NCBI GenBank assembly: GCA_951406725.2
Contig: OX597831.1
Coordinates: forward strand, 28,830,001 to 28,894,000
Reading direction: 5' to 3'
Length of the DNA stretch: 64,000 bases
From: Octopus vulgaris
Taxonomy: Eukaryota
Below the pieces are notes generated by a model. The model was not told the DNA's origin and did no database searches. It worked only from the letters and a program-made list of their open reading frames with translations. Position numbers and translations under genes: made by a program. This document shows positions 42,020 to 57,236 of this stretch, one piece after another (the first letter of the stretch is position 1; each line of letters begins with the position of its first letter).

Positions 42020-43250
42020 TATAGATAGAAAGATATTGGCCTCAGACACCAGATTCATCTCAAAGTCAAAGATCTCGATTGTTCAAATGAATGGCACAGA
42101 GTGTATATAATGGCATAGAAAAGTGGTGTCTATATTGGTTACAGTGCAGAGTGTATATATTAGGTTTAAACAAAACACCAAACCTATCCCAATAGCTTTC
42201 GCCTCGGTTGCAAGATGAATGTCACAGAATGTATATATTGGCTTTGGTACATGGTGTATTTATTAGCTTTGGCACAGATTATATACATACATATGCATAA
42301 CCATAACGCAGAATTTATATATTGGCTTGAAACACCAGATCCACCCTTATATTTTTTTTGTCTCAGCTATCCAGAAACTTCGATAAAAATTATCATATCA
42401 GAGTTATCTCCCTTGGTGAAATTTTTTAAACAAGAAATTTTGAGTAGTAGTCTTTAACACCACCTAAGCTTAATTTTCTTTCAATAACTTCGCTAATCTC
42501 GGATAATCGAGCAGATCTATGATAAAGGACATTCTAGCCGTGGTCGTCATGTTTATTTATTATTATTTTTCGCTTATAGTGCATCTACGAGTATCTTTTC
42601 TTTTTTTAAATTGGTAAATCATAGTTTGAGGTGATTTAGCTGCTATTTTTAGCAGCCAATTGACTACCAAGTGGTTTCCCTGAGACTGCCTTTATAAGTA
42701 CGTCACAAATAGGAGAAACAGCTTTAATCAATTGTATGCTTCCCCCCCCCCTGAAGAATACATAACTAACAATAACAGAAGTATATATTTATAACTTGTA
42801 GACTAATAGGAACATTGGAAAAATACTTTGCGGTATTTAATGTTCTGAGTTCAAATCCCACTTGGGTTGAACTTAAGTTTCTTTTTGTTTCAAGCAAACA
42901 ATAAAATGAGAACCAGTCAAATATTCGGTCAATGTAATAGACTGCCCACCTCCACTTCCCTCAAAATGATTGACTGAAATTACCAGAATTATTAATTATC
43001 ATTATTGTTATACTGTTGTGTCTGGGGAGAGTCATTTTCTTTTTGTGCCTTATAATGTAACACACTCAGCGATAAAATTTCCACTTTTTTCTTATTTTTA
43101 TTTTTATTTTCCTAAAATTTTCATTACGTCTTGCCACCTTTTCAATAGTCTTAACTCTCCCCAGACACAACAGAAAATGCTTCAACACACGAACTCATAT
43201 AAAGAATCTTGCAAACCAAATCCAAAAACGAAATATCATTGTTATAATTA

Positions 43251-43435
43251 CCGCATTTTAATGTGTATAAGGAACCCTTTTATTTTTTAATTAAAAATTA
43301 GATTTAAAAAATATGGGAGTTTCTTATACAAGGATAATATTATAATGCCTTACGAAACCTTTTTTCCAAATTTTTAGCCCTGAAACTTGGGAGATTCCTT
43401 ATGCATGCGAGGTCCTTATACACTTTAAAATATGG
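43251..43435. mobile_element. Tc1/pogo (Tigger-like) MITE
   Basis: TIRs CCGCATTTTAATGTGTATAAGGA / TCCTTATACACTTTAAAATATGG, TA target duplication. Confidence 0.8.
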
Positions 43436-43680
43436 TAATTTAAGACAGGGAATTGACAGAATCATTAGGGTATGAAGAAAAGAAAAAAGGCTTTGTGATC
43501 GTTCTTCTAGATTTTATTTTATGTTCTGTTTTCAAATCTTGCTGAGGTCAACTTATTCTTTGAGGGTCAATGAAATAAAATACCAGTTGAGCATTGGGGT
43601 CTATGTAATTGACTAACACGCCTCCCATCAAAATTGGTGGTCTTGTACCAAAATTCGAAACTATAAACTATAATTGTTGC

Positions 43681-43746
<66 letters not shown>

Positions 43747-43854
43747 TCCCTTCAGGGTCGATAAATTAAGTACCAGTTGCGTCCTAGGGTTGATGTAAGC
43801 AACTGGTCCCCTCTTCCAAAATCTCAGGCCTTCTGCCTATAGTAGAAAGGATTA

Positions 43855-43903
<49 letters not shown>

Positions 43904-44766
43904 CATCATTATTAATACTATTGAGTGAGTGAGCAGTTCATGCCATCAAAGTGACACTGGGGTAAAATATACGAAGCCCAATATACCCATCATGACTACC
44001 CATCTGATAAGGGTACATCAGGCACATGCATCACAACCATATGTGCGCGACATGGTGATCTCATATCAAGATAAACAGCACATGACCTTGCAGGTGGGGC
44101 CCAGTTAGAATTTTCTTCAGGTAGAGTAGCTTATCTTGTTCATAATCTCCCTGAATAAGGGTTGTTTAAGAATGATGAATGAAAAACCCATGTTTCCAAA
44201 GGTGAATTATGCAACCCCCAATGAATTCCTCTCAACACATGGCTATGATGCTCCCCCACTACTGGTCATGATCAGAGATGCACATATCGTCAGCCATTAA
44301 GGGACATGCTCAACTGGTTAAGGTCAAACAATTGACAAGCAAATCTGTGGTATTGAGCAGAAAATTTGCTGTAGCCCATCTTTTATACCAAAACAAAACA
44401 ATGTACATGATAACACTTTCAATCAGTTATGATCAGAAGCCATGAGAGCCACTGCCTGGTACTGCATCCGGGCATTATCATTATTATTATTATCATTATT
44501 ATTATAATTATTATTAAGTTGGTGAGCTGACAGAATCGTTAGCATGCGGGATGAAATGCTTAGCAGTATTTCATTTGTCTTTATGTTCTGAGTTCAAATT
44601 CCACTCAGGTCAGCTTTGTCTTTCATCCTTTTGGAGTCGATAAGTTAAGTACCCATAGCATACTGGGGTTGACTTAATCAACTGGTCCCCGGCTCCCCCA
44701 AAAATTTCGTGCCTTGTGCCTAGAATAGAAAAGATTATTATCATCATCATTATGATTATGATTATG

Positions 44767-44798
<32 letters not shown>

Positions 44799-45053
44799 GG
44801 TTTTTCCTTCTTTCTTCAAATTTTCTTCCATTTCTCGCCGAGTGTTTTCCATACACCTAGGGCAGAGAAGGGCATTGTATGCATTCCCAGATTACGTGCA
44901 CAAATTCACAGATAAAATATGTATTTAAAAATTAATAAATTAATAAATTCATGGATGGATGTTATTTTCACAGCGATAGCGCTCTTCTCAATACATGAGC
45001 CGTTCCAGTTAATACGATTTTTTGCACTTCCTGTAGGGATGGTAAGCCTGGAA

Positions 45054-45220
45054 TCACTCACGGAGTGGTTGGCGTTAGGAAGGGCATCCAGCTGTAGAAA
45101 CATTGCCAGATAAGACTGGAGCCTGGTGCAGCCTTCTGGCTTCCCAGATCCCCGGTCGAACTGTCCAACCCATGCTAGCATGGAGAACGGACGTTAAACG
45201 ATGATGATGATGATGATGAT
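45054..45220 (+). mobile_element. RTE LINE 3' UTR fragment (same family as 41700-41870)
   Basis: cactcacggagtggttggcgttaggaagggcatccagc...ggacgttaaac(GAT)n, near-identical to the 3' end at 41705-41870. Confidence 0.85.
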
Positions 45221-45433
45221 GTTTCAGTACCTTTTTTTTATCATTCCTAGAAATCCTACAATCACTGGTACTGTAGTTGCCTTGAGATGCCACATTTTTT
45301 CGATTTCTATTAGCAGGTCTTATTATTATTATTATTATTATTATTAATATTATTATCATTATTATTATTATTATTATTAACAACAACACTGTCCTTCACT
45401 TCTTACTATACTTTCTATGTTGTTTCATTGCAG

Positions 45434-45592
45434 CAAGAGAACGGACCAGATACAGAAGGCGACCACGGCATTCCTAACAACAAGCAATCAGCGCGATTCT
45501 TCGACAAGGTTGCACGGTACACCTTCCCACTGGTATTTGGTTTGTTTAATGTCTTCTACTGGATCTTTTACAATATGTGGAATTTCAAATAA
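45434..45592 (+). CDS. Terminal coding exon (end of M3-M4 loop, M4 helix, stop) of the same chloride channel
   Basis: Pyrimidine-rich acceptor (ctttctatgttgtttcattgcag, AG 45432-45433), phase 0 matching the donor at 357. Reads QENGPDTEGDHGIPNNKQSARFFDKVARYTFPLVFGLFNVFYWIFYNMWNFK*, with the D-x-x-A-R-x-x-F-P...FN-x-x-YW M4 signature. This frame is absent from the ORF track. Confidence 0.93.
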   Translation, partial: QENGPDTEGDHGIPNNKQSARFFDKVARYTFPLVFGLFNVFYWIFYNMWNFK

Positions 45593-45834
45593 ATCGGATA
45601 ATTATTAGTTAATCAATCAAATTGATTAATCAAATTATTGATTAATTTAATCAAGCGATTACCTGCCCCCACTCCTCCATATGAACAATGCAAGATTGAA
45701 AGAAAAGGAAAAAAAGAAAAAAAAGAAAGAAGTTAATGAATAATAAAGAAACAGGCCTTAACGAGGAAAATTGGGAATAATGAATTACTAATTAACCAAT
45801 TGGTAATGTGCACAACAGAAAAAGATGATACAAT

Positions 45835-45870
<36 letters not shown>

Positions 45871-46144
45871 TTACTACTACTACTACTACTATTTCTACTA
45901 CTATTTCTACTGCTTCAAGAAAGAAAGGAGGAAGGAAAAAAAGGAAAGAAAGAAAGAAAGAAAAGGAAAGTGAAATGGCTAATAATGAAATAAATGTTTA
46001 TATGAGAAGGGGCATGTCCCATCAGAAAAGGAAAAAATAAAAGGCTATGAAGCAACAGAAGGGGACAGTATACATGCATACGTTCATACATACATACATA
46101 TATTTATATACATATATATATATATATAATATAAATATGTATTT

Positions 46145-46214
<70 letters not shown>

Positions 46215-46216
46215 CA

Positions 46217-46289
<73 letters not shown>

Positions 46290-47400
46290 GAATGAAATTA
46301 ATGTAGACATTAAAGAAATAATATATATATGTATGTAATGTAAAGAAAGAAAAATTAATGAGAAAAGAAAAATAAAGGTAATGTAAAGAAAGAAAAGAAA
46401 AGAAAGAAGCAGAAAAGAAGAAGAATTCAAAGAAAGAGAAAAAGAATAAAAAAGAAGGAAACTTGAAATAGAACGAGAAAAGACAAAACAAAAAACGTGA
46501 TAAATGAATAAATAAATAAAGTGCCATTTTAAATTCTTTGGTACCTGGAATTGGACAAATATTTCTCCGGAATATTTCAAGAGATAAGAAATATAACAAT
46601 AATATTAATCTCTGAATGAATTTTTAAAATGTTCTAGAGAATATTTTCTTAGGAGGAAAAAAAAAAAAAACTCCCCAAAAAAAGAAATAATAACAAAACT
46701 TTAAAGAATTTTGGAATCAATTCTAAAGAATTTCCACAGACATTTTTTGGACAATATTGGAGGGTGGGGAACTAAAAAAATGAAAAAAAAAATGACAAAC
46801 AACTTTGAATCAATTTTGAAAATCTTCCAGAAGTTTAAAATACATAAACTTCAAATTTGTGTGTATTTTTTGTATTTTTTTTTTACCATTATTTGTCACA
46901 TTTTACTCCTCCTCCTCCAACTATTACTACTACCATTTCCCCCCCATCCCCACCACCACTCTCCAGCCCTGAAAAAAATCAACAACAATAATAACAACAA
47001 ACGTTTATTCGCTGGTGAAGTGGCACTGCTGATACATATTCCAAATGTTTCAACTTGCTAAAATGGTTTGAGGAGCGTCTTATCCCCCTGGTTAAGATGC
47101 TAGCCTCTTACGAATTGTTGTTTTACTTACTTTGTTATTTTCCTTTTGTTTGTTTTTCTTTTCTCTCTTGTTTTGTAATATTTATTTTATTTGATATTTT
47201 ATATTTTTCTGTCAACATTCTGTGACATCTTTTATGCCCCAAATTTCTCAGTGAAAAAAGGCCAAAAAAAAAAGATGTATATATATATACATATATATGT
47301 ATGTATATATATATATGTGTGTGTGTGTATGTATATATATATATATATATACATATACATATGTATATACATATACATATGTATATACATATACATATAT

Positions 47401-47455
<55 letters not shown>

Positions 47456-47460
47456 CATAC

Positions 47461-47496
<36 letters not shown>

Positions 47497-47572
47497 ATAC
47501 ATATATACATAAATATATATATTTACACATACACATGCACATATACATATATATAAATATACATATACATAC

Positions 47573-47626
<54 letters not shown>

Positions 47627-48927
47627 CCTTTGTGTAAGATATAATTCCATTGGTGGTTTACTGTTATTTTTTGTCAGAATTCTGTAACCTTTTGTATGTC
47701 CCTACTTTCATAATGTAAAATGGCTAAAAAAAAAAAAAAAATTGGAAATATATATATTTATCTGTTACCTTCCCATAAGTTACAACTACATTGGCAATTT
47801 ATTTTTGTTATTCTTTTGTTGTTCATCTTTGGCCCAGCCTCTAAACTATTAAAGTGATGAGAGGCTGATATACCACCCTAAGGTGCTAGTCTATTGCATT
47901 TATGTCACACACATCCTTCAATAATGCGACCTGTCGGACTTTCAACTATCTACTCACCTCTCAATAAGAGACGAGTTTACTTGATGCTATTTTACCCATC
48001 ATTCAACGTGTCAAATCAGTGTACTTGCATATACATATATACGCAATACACACACACACACACACACACACATACACACTGCTTTTACAATGAAATGCTT
48101 CACTGTGTCTTTAAAGTTTTGACGTTGTCACCTTTGTGATGAAAGCAATTAACCAAAAACTTCAAAGTCACTGTCTACGCTTTTCTTCTTAAAAATCCAA
48201 ACATATATGATACTCTACATCTAATAACTAAGTGATCCTTCAAATAATATCTGACAATAACTAAAAACATTAATACACACGTGTGTGTATATATATATGT
48301 ATGTATGTACATATGTGACCACGTAACAGACCAGACCATCAGATGGTGTTACACATCGCTGGTCACAATGCGTTCGCATTGTTTTAGCCTTCGAATGACG
48401 CCACCCCGCTGGCTAAGCGGAGTGGTGAAAGAGTACAGCAGGGATCACCACCCCCTGCCAGAGCCTCATGGAGCTTTTAGGTATTTTCGCTCACTAAACA
48501 CTCACAACGCCCAGTCTGGGAATCGAAACCGCGATCCTACGACCACTGCCCTAACCACTGGGCCATTGCGCCTCCACATGTATGTATATGTATGTATGTA
48601 TATATATATATGTATGTATATGTATGTATGTATGTATATATATATATCATCATCATCATCAACATCATATATATATATATATATATATCAAGGAAAAGGA
48701 GGATTTGTTCATTTCACTGAACTCTTCAAAAAAATTGAACCAAAATAATAAAAACAAAACATTTCATCATTTTACTATTTTGGTTCCATTTTTTTTTTTT
48801 TTTGAAGAGTGAGTTAAATGAATGAAAGCACTAATAAAGAATTATCCAAAATTCTGACTGGAATGGAAACCACAACCTTATGATCATGATGCTGACACTC
48901 TGACCACTGAGTCACGCGCCTCCACAA

Positions 48928-48972
<45 letters not shown>

Positions 48973-49538
48973 TATACGTACATACATACATAAATACATA
49001 CATACCTGAATAAATACATACGTATATGCGCAATACACACACACACACACACACATACACACACACACAAATACATACACACATATATGTATCAAGCGCT
49101 TCAAGGTGTCAGGATAACGACGGGTATGTGTGCTCACCAGATATCACTTTATAAAGGGAGACAACTATCGAGCTGTAGGTTAATAGTTTACGTTAATCTC
49201 TCTTGAGATGCATGAGATGCATGCTTTATGAGGATTTCTGCTGTAAATCCATGGAAGGATTATTTCAACTAATGCACAAAGTTCCTCTTAGTGGAGGAAC
49301 GATGGTCATAAAGTATGTACAAGTAATACACAATGACTAGTATCTTTTCTTCGGTGAGGTTTTAAGAAAGGAAAATGGATCATGCGCCAAGATGAAAATA
49401 TATTTAAAAAAACATCATTATAATTTATTCAAAAATTTTCCGGTGTTATTGGTGTTGCTGTTGTTGTTGTTGTTGTTGTTATTGTCATTGCTTTACAGTT
49501 GTTATTGTTGATGATGATGGTGACAATATCTACCATTG

Positions 49539-49597
<59 letters not shown>

Positions 49598-49830
49598 CAT
49601 TATTATTCATTTTTCCTAAGGTGGCAAGCTTGCAGAATCGTTAGCATGCTGGACGAAATGCTTCGCGGTATTTCGCCAGCCCTCTACGTTCTGAGTTCAA
49701 ATTCTGCTGAGGTCAACTTTGCCTTTCATCCTTTCGGGGTCGATAAATTGAGTACCAGTGAAACACTGGTGTCGATATAATCGACTAACCCTCTCCCCAT
49801 CAAATTTCAGGCCTTGTGCCTATAATAGAA

Positions 49831-49872
<42 letters not shown>

Positions 49873-50880
49873 TTTCTTAAGGTTGTGAGCTGGCAGAATG
49901 GTTAACATGCCAGACAAAATGCTTTGTAGTATTATGTCTGTCTTATCATTTTGAGTTCAAATTCCGCCGAGGTCGACTTTGCCTTTTATCGTTTCAGAGT
50001 TGATAAAATAAGTACCAGACAAGCACTGGGGTCGATCTAATTGACTAGCTCCCTCCCACCAAAATTTCAGACCTTGAGCCTTTAGTAGAAAGGATCATCA
50101 TCATCATCATCACTATTATTATTATTATTATTATCATTAACATTCAGACAGCGAGCTGGTAGAATCATCGACACATAAGGCAAAATGCTTAGTAGCATTT
50201 CATCCATCTTCAGATTCTGAGTTCAAAATCTGCTGAGGTTGACTTTGCCTTTCATCCCTTCAGGGTCGATAAAATAAGTACCAGTTTAACACTGCAATTG
50301 ACTTATCCCTTCCCTTGAAATTGCTGGCCTTGTGCCAAAATTTGAAACCATTATTATTATCATCATTCTTGCCATTGGTATGTATGTTTCCTTGTATTTC
50401 TTTCCAAATTTGTTTTAAAATTTGCATCAAGTCGCACAGAATTTAAAAAAAAATATATATCTGAAAACAAGGTAAAAAATTTTTCAAATAATTTTTTTTT
50501 AAGAATTTAAATCTAAAACAGAAAAATATAATGTTGTTCAAAAATTTAATTAAAATTTCAAAAACTGTATACAAAGAACAGAGAAAGAAAAATACACAAT
50601 CGAAATGGTAAAAAGGCAGAATATCTTCGCCAAGTTTTGGGTCTAATCGTCAGTGTCACAGTTACCTTTTACACCCGTCAACTTTTAAAGTCGCACACAT
50701 CGCACATTTTTGGCAATTCTGTCTTCCAGAGAATGGAGACATCATTCATTCTTAACACTGTTTTATTCTACACCCAGTTTCTGTCTCAAAAAATAATTTC
50801 TCACGTGCATTTTTAACATCTAATATACATAACCATACATAGACATACATGCATGTAGATATATATATATATACATATAT

Positions 50881-51083
50881 ATATTATATTGAGGGTACTA
50901 CTATTCGTAGATACCACACGCTAAGAGGGACCAATGCGGTCAAGACTACTAAAAATAAACAAAATTTTACCGAATGCAAAAAATTTTGCATTCGGTAAAA
51001 TTTTGTTTATTTTAGTAGTCTTGACCGCATTGGTCCCTCTTAGCGTGTGGTATCTACGAATAGTAGTACCCTCAATATAATAT
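50881..51083. repeat. Near-perfect ~200-bp palindrome (fold-back) next to (TA)n
   Basis: ~100-bp arms centred near 50982 with a 1-nt indel. Confidence 0.95.
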
Positions 51084-51404
51084 AAATAAATATTTTCAAA
51101 GTGGAAAAATTTACGGATTTTTTCCCTTACAAGGTTTTTCACGCTAACTACTGATAATTTCTTATAAAGATTTTATCCTCAATTGTAAATTTATATATAT
51201 ATATATATATACACATATATCGTTGGTAATCTCTCACTTCCTAGAAAGACAATTTTGTAGTTTCTTACTGAACGACTTGCATAAATGATTATGTGCTGCA
51301 TGTTAGCTCAGTCTCTTCATCAGCTCAATAACACTTGTACCAGTTCATGACTTACCACATGGGCAGATGTTGAAGTGATTGCATATATATACATATACAC
51401 ACAC

Positions 51405-51567
<163 letters not shown>

Positions 51568-51680
51568 TTATCGAGGTGGCTATTTGCAATTTTCAGCCAA
51601 AAGGCAGAAGTATAGTCATCACTAAAGTGATCAAGTCTGCTAGTCAGCACCAACATATATATATATGCATAAGATAGAAT

Positions 51681-51720
<40 letters not shown>

Positions 51721-51768
51721 TAGATATAGACAAAAGAGAAAGAGGAGAGAGAGATACATACATATATA

Positions 51769-51819
<51 letters not shown>

Positions 51820-51865
51820 ATATATATATTTACATAGATTGATGCACACATAGTATATATTTATA

Positions 51866-51900
<35 letters not shown>

Positions 51901-54040
51901 TATGTATTATATATATATATGTACATATAATATGTGTGCACGTGTGTTTGTGTGTGTGTACATATACATATATCTATACACACACACACCGACACCACCA
52001 CCACCAGCAACAACAACAACAACCACCACCACCAACACCACTACATCTCTGCTATCAATGCCAACATTATCACCATCACAACTACCTCCCAACAACAACT
52101 ACAGCCATCTCCACCAAAACTAGACACAGGATCAATGAAATGATATCCCGTCAATCCACAATTACCACAAGTTAATTAGGAGAGAGTAATTAAGTGTTAT
52201 ATTGATGGCATTTGGTTGAGTGATCCTTGTATATTTGTATATATTTGGTATGAGTAAGACGAGTAATCTCCCTTCACATCTATGGATAATGCTCATAGAT
52301 CTATAATACGAAGATCGATGCATATTGATCTGAGGGTTCCAGTTGATCCTATCAATGGAACAGCCTGCTCGTGAAATTAACTTGCAAGTGGCTGAGCACT
52401 CCACAGACACCTGTATCCTTAATGTAATTAATTCTCAGGAAGATTCAGCATGAGACATAATGTAGACAAGGCTGGCCCTTCGAAATACAGGTACAACAGA
52501 AACAGGAAGAAAGAGTGAGAGAAAGTTGTTGTGAAAGAGTATAGCAGGGTTCGCCACCACCCCCTGCCGGAACAACGGCCAGTCTTGGAATTGAAACCGC
52601 TATCCTACGACTGCGAGTCCACTGCTCTAACCACTGGGCCATTGCGCCTCCACATATAGATCTGTATGCATAGGTTTATAAAGTGTGTTTCTATATATTT
52701 GTGCTTGTGTGTGTGTGTGTGTGTGTGTGCAAGTGTGTGTATGTGTGTATGTGTTGATAATGTGTATTTGCAATTATAATTTATGCACGTGATCATGACA
52801 TATATGATTATAGTGTGTGTACATGTATGTTTGGGTTGTGTTCATCTGTGTATGCAGTGGCAATGTATGTGTATGTGATTGTGAGGTATGTGTATGGTGG
52901 TTATGTGTATGGTATGTGTATGTTTATGGTGTGTGTATGTATGTGGTGGTTATGTGCATATATGCGTTTGTGTTTGTGTGTGATTGTTATGTATGTATAT
53001 GGTGGTTATGTGTATATATGTGTTTGTGCATGTGTGTGTGTGTATATGATTGCAATGTATGTGTACGGTGGTGATGTGTGTATACATGTTTGTATGTGGG
53101 TGTGATTGTAACGTATGTGTATGGTGGTGATGTGTATGTGTGTGTGTGTGTTTGTTTGAGTGTGTAACAAATCTTTAAGGTAGTGAATGGGCAGAACCAT
53201 TAGCCCCCACCCCCACCCCCCAGTCAAAATGCTTTGTGGCATTTCTTCTTATTCATGTTCAAATCCCGCCAAAGTCAACCTGACCGCTCATCCTTTTGGG
53301 GGTCAATAAAATAAAGCCCCAATTTAGCACTGGGGTCAATGTAATCCACTTCCTCATCTTGAAATTGCAGGCCCTGGGCCAAAATATGGATCCAAAAAAT
53401 ACTCGGGGATTTTAATCCCTCTTCTTTCAATTAAACAACAATATGGAATAAACAAATATTGAAAATTACGGTTTAGCATTAGTGATCAGATGGTTATGAG
53501 TTCAAGTCTTACTTCAGCAGTGTTATTGTCTTTGACCTGGAATGCACAATAGTTTTTTTTGTTTTTTCAATTTTTTTTTCTTAAGATATTTCCTTAAATA
53601 TTCCCTCGTCAATATCAAATCTGCAGCAAATAATTAATTTAGGGTTTCTTCCAAACCATCACATATTCTGCATTAATAAATTCTGTACTACGTCTTCTTT
53701 TTCTTCTTCTTCTTCTTCTTCTTCTTCTTCTTCTTCTTCTTCTTCTTCTTCTTCTTCTTCTTCTTCTTCTTCTTCTTCTTCTTCACACACACACACACAC
53801 CTATCACTGTATTTTCCTGATGATCAGAAATATTGATCTCTAAGTATTCACTGTAATGTATTTTTGTAACGAGATCTTTTCTAATCATATGTTCATAGAT
53901 GTTCTTCTTGCTGTTGGCTTTTATATATTTTTGCCCTAAACAACTCCAAAATCATAACTGTGGTAACAAATTCAACTGAAACAATCATTTTTATTCTCTA
54001 CTTTTTCAATTTCAAATTTTTCTGTATGTGATGGTGATTA

Positions 54041-54092
<52 letters not shown>

Positions 54093-54127
54093 CGTCATTA
54101 TTGTAATAGAAAGGATTGTTATTTTTG

Positions 54128-54168
<41 letters not shown>

Positions 54169-54322
54169 GTTATTATCATTATCATTATCATCATTATTAT
54201 TATTATTATTATTATTATCATTATTATTATTATCATTATTATTATCATCATTATTATTATTATTGTTATTATTATTATCATTATTATTATTATCATTATT
54301 ATTATCATCATTATTATTATTA

Positions 54323-54374
<52 letters not shown>

Positions 54375-54584
54375 CATTATTATTATCATTATTACTTTCA
54401 TTAGCATCTTCTTCCAATTCTGTTTCCATTTCTTGTCGAGTGTCTTCCTGACACCTAGGGAAGGGAAACATACTGTATACATTGGTAGGCCATTATAACA
54501 AACACACCAGATTGTTCACTTACAGAGTCATCTGATAGAGGAAAAGGAGAAGACAGAGAGATAAAGGAAAAATTATTATTATTA

Positions 54585-54619
<35 letters not shown>

Positions 54620-55185
54620 GTTGTTGTTGTTGTTGTTGTTGTTGTAATTATTATTATTATTATTATTATTATTATCATCATCATTATTATTATTTGTTGT
54701 TGTTGATGTTGTGGTTCTTGTTGAGGTTGTTTTCCCTGTCATCATTCCTGGATGTATTTGATGCAAACCCTGTGGTGCTTAAACATGGAGAAAGATCTAG
54801 AAGACACCATCAGACCCACAGTTCTAAAAGTAACTGGTGGTAAGTACTTTGGCACCGAAACATCTTTATAAATACCTATCAAAGAATCTAATTTAGTTTC
54901 ATTTCATATTACTTAAACCCATTTATACAAAAGCCTCAATGTCACATCTTTACCAAAAAAGGCAAAAAAAAAAAAAGACAAAGAAACCATAGCAACCAAG
55001 ATATATCTGACTTTGTGCTCAACTTCAAATAAAACAGAAAAAGATAAAAAAAAAAAAAGCATTATTCTCAGAATAGTCTTTGAAAACAATATTTATGAAT
55101 TTCTTCTTTTTCTTCTTCTAAAATCTTTGTCGAATATAAAATACGGGTGAATTGAGAATAAAACACAATCACATAAATGCACATA

Positions 55186-55689
55186 AACATACATACATAC
55201 ATACACACATACACACATACATACATAACATACATACATAACATACATGCATACATACATGCATACATACATACATACATACATACATACATACATAACA
55301 TACATACATACATACATAACATACATGCATACATACATGCATACATACATAACATACATACATACATACATACATACATACATACATAACATACATACAT
55401 ACATACATAACATACATGCATACATACATGCATACATACATAACATACATAACATACATACATACATACATACATACATAACATACATACATACATACAT
55501 AACATACATGCATACATACATGCATACATACATACATACATACATACATACATACATACATACATAACATACATACATACATACATAACATACATGCATA
55601 CATACATACATACATACATACATACATACATACATAACATACATACATACATACATAACATACATGCATACATACATGCATACATACAT

Positions 55690-55728
<39 letters not shown>

Positions 55729-55761
55729 TACATACATACATACATACATACATACATACAT

Positions 55762-55800
<39 letters not shown>

Positions 55801-55819
55801 CATACATACATACATACAT

Positions 55820-55868
<49 letters not shown>

Positions 55869-55905
55869 TACATACACATACATACATACATACATACATA
55901 CATAA
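55186..55905. repeat. Long compound (CATA)n/(CA)n microsatellite; representative of many (TA)n, (CA)n, (GATA)n, (TAA)n, (TAG)n and (GAT)n tracts in the window
   Basis: Seen directly; these tracts account for most YI-, CV-, HT- and poly-I ORFs in the track. Confidence 0.98.
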
Positions 55906-57197
55906 ATATTTTCAAATACAGATATTTGGGGAAAATTTTAGGTTGTTCATAAGGGGAATTATTTGTCTTTCTTAGACCTATCTTCTCTTCTGCTTCCCTT
56001 GCTATAATCAGGACATCTACAATGGCTACAGGTACAAGATTTGGCTCTTGAGATTTAATATCTCACTACAGGAGCAAATGATGAGTTAAACTCCACACAA
56101 GTAACACTCGAAGGGAGTAAAACTCAACAAATTGATGACAGAATGACTGCCACGGAGCAACTTCGCTCAGCAAACAGTTTTTCCCTCTGTCCTCTGGGTC
56201 ATCCACAGACTCCCTATGTGATCCTGGTCACTTGTTATGTCATGTGGGTCACTCATAATCTTCCTATGCTACATGGGCAACTCACAGGCACCCTATTCCA
56301 TGTGGTTCCCTTGCTGTGTCATACAGGGCACTCACAATACTTCTATGTCACATGGACTATTCACAGACTCAAGTCTGTGAGGGAGCCTCTTTGTGGTTGC
56401 TAAAATCTGTTAGAAATAGCAGCTAAATTTCTCTATTGTATTTTTTAAAATTTTACATTGGATAATTTAGCATAAATAAAAGATAGGATGGACACAGCTT
56501 GAAATTCTTTGAACATAAATCTGTTTATTCATATCTGACTTGATGTTAAACAACAACAGTCTTAGAATGTTATTAGAAACTAGAGTCAAATGACCCCTAA
56601 ACCAAATGTACTTGGCCAAAAGTCTCTACATTAATCCTTTTTTTTTCTCTTTTGTTATTGTGGAACAAAGTTTCCCAAAATTGGATGACTAAAGACCCAT
56701 GATTGCCACAATAACGTAACAACAATTACCTCCCATAAAACTGCTGCATGACACCAAGGGAGATAATTGTCAATCATTCAAGAGAGTTAATTTGGAAAAA
56801 ATACAGCACTGTAAAAAAATATTAAATAATTTCTCATATAATAATGATAATGATAATTATTATTTATGTATTTCAATGTGATTCCTTTGTGTTATTTATA
56901 TTATAAGGATTTAAGAAAAGGACTTTTTTTTGCAATTTTTTGTGGCTTTCCATTGATTGTTTTTTTTACTTTTTATTTCAAATACTTGTTAATTCCTATG
57001 GTTAAAAAAAAAAAACTACAAAAATACTTTTAATATTTTTCTCTCTTCTGCTCCCAATATTTATAAAAATTATTCCTTTAATTAATTTTTTTTATAAAAT
57101 ATTCTCAAAAAACTGGAAATAAATAATAATAAATAAATATATATATATATATAAAATATTGTGTTGTTAAAATAATTTTTTGTGTGAATAACAAACA

Positions 57198-57236
57198 TTT
57201 CCGATTAGTTTCAGGAATGTCTTTTCATCAGTGAAA
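57198..57236 (-). ncRNA. Degenerate hammerhead motif
   Basis: Minus strand TTTCA-CTGATGA-A-AAGACATTCCT-GAAAC-TA-ATC-GGAAA; single mismatches in stems I-III; near a (TA)n tract. Confidence 0.45.

Noticed and set aside
44420-44475. HDV-like ribozyme at the minus-strand 5' end of the (ATT)n insert
   Set aside because: A P3/L3-like segment is present but P1, P2 and J4/2 could not be built convincingly by eye.
45417-45608. ORF-track 63-aa peptide
   Set aside because: Wrong frame; the M4 exon is in another frame from 45434.
56011-56403. Possible exon after an acceptor-like pyrimidine tract
   Set aside because: No recognisable protein motif or clear donor, and the frame runs into a degenerate minisatellite.
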